Assembly: GCF_004010195.1 (NCBI RefSeq) | Contig: NC_057752.1 | Location: 7,850,835-7,914,834, forward strand | DNA: 64,000 nt | Direction: 5' to 3' | Origin: Chiloscyllium plagiosum | Lineage: Eukaryota | In this document: piece after piece, positions 63,176 to 64,000 of the stretch | Layout: each line of letters opens with the position of its first letter | Numbering within the stretch: the stretch's first letter is position 1 | Made by a program: the position numbers and the translations under genes | The notes under the pieces: generated by a model | Databases searched by the model: none | What the model was told of the DNA's origin: nothing | Seen by the model: the letters and a program-made list of their open reading frames with translations, nothing else

Positions 63176-63344
63176 GGGCGGCACGGTGGCACAGTGGTCA
63201 GCACTGCTGCCTCACAGCGCCAGAGACCCAGGTTCAATTCCTGCCTCAGGCGACTGACTGTGTAGAGTTTGCACATTCTCCCCGTGTCTGCGTGGGTTTC
63301 CTCCGGGTACTCCGGTTTCCTCCCACAGTTACAAAGATGCAGGT
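63176..63344 (+). mobile_element. Young HE1-like tRNA-derived SINE 5' part, joined to a CR1 RT fragment (63345-63533)
   Basis: GGGCGGCACGGTGGCACAGTGG (A box), GGTTCAATTCC (B box); followed by LYKALVRPHLEYCVQFWSP. Confidence 0.85.
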
Positions 63345-63788
63345 TGAGTCTGTGATTAAGAAAGCGAATGCAATGTTGTCAATTATCTCCAGAGGGTTGG
63401 AATATAAAAGCACTGTTGTGCTACTGAGACTTTATAAAGCTCTGGTTAGGCCCCATTTGGAGTACTGTGTCCAGTTTTGGTCCCCACACCTCAGGAAGGA
63501 CATACTGGAACTGGAGCGTGTCCAGCGGAGATTNNNNNNNNNNNNNNNNNNNNNNNNNNNNNNNNNNNNNNNNNNNNNNNNNNNNNNNNNNNNNNNNNNN
63601 NNNNNNNNNNNNNNNNNNNNNNNNNNNNNNNNNNNNNNNNNNNNNNNNNNNNNNNNNNNNNNNNNNNNNNNNNNNNNNNNNNNNNNNNNNNNNNNNNNNN
63701 NNNNNNNNNNNNNNNNNNNNNNNNNNNNNNNNNNNNNNNNNNNNNNNNNNNNNNNNNNNNNNNNNNNNNNNNNNNNNNNNNNNNNNNN

Positions 63789-64000
63789 CCTCAGGCGACT
63801 GACTGTGTGGAGTTTGCACGTTCTCCCTGTGTCTGCGTGGGTTTCCTCCGGGTGCTCCGGTTTCCGTGTGTTATGGTCTTATGTGCAGGCCAGGTGAATT
63901 GGCCATGCTAAATTGCCCGTAGTGTTAGGTAAGGGGTAAATGTAGGGGTATGGGTGGGTTGCGCTTCAGCGGGTCGGTGTGGACTTGTTGGGCCGAAGGG
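63789..64000 (+). mobile_element. HE1-like SINE body and CR1-type tail, cut by gap and window end
   Basis: Matches 63244-63320, then ggccatgctaaattgccc...ggacttgttgggccgaaggg. Confidence 0.85.

Noticed and set aside
63176-63250. tRNA gene
   Set aside because: A and B boxes belong to a SINE head continuing into SINE body; no complete cloverleaf.
63244-63865. SINE sequence repeated on both sides of the 255-N gap as a SINE-LINE chimera
   Set aside because: Cannot be separated from mis-assembly of high-copy repeats at a gap.

Overview
Eukaryotic, repeat-rich vertebrate DNA, most likely a shark or other elasmobranch (HE1-like tRNA SINEs, CR1/HER1-like LINEs, Deu-domain SINEs). Two spliced + strand genes were reconstructed by reading splice sites and phases. 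(1) The last 12 coding exons of a tastin (TROAP) orthologue, 960-37463, phase-consistent to the stop codon. (2) Seven internal exons of extended synaptotagmin-1 (ESYT1; SMP domain and C2A), 46607-62763; its 5' exons are not visible and an exactly 500-N gap (42608-43107) separates the two genes. Introns hold decayed CR1, other LINE, RTE, Gypsy, Harbinger and Tigger-like elements. The most notable signal is a population of short (about 130-350 bp), non-coding Penelope-derived elements from at least four sequence families. They are usually fold-back (inverted-repeat) structures, often flanked by 11-16 bp target-site duplications, and carry minimal hammerhead ribozyme motifs, a few with intact cores. 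One has captured nearby genomic DNA as its loop. Family assignments come from recalled motifs; no database search was run.
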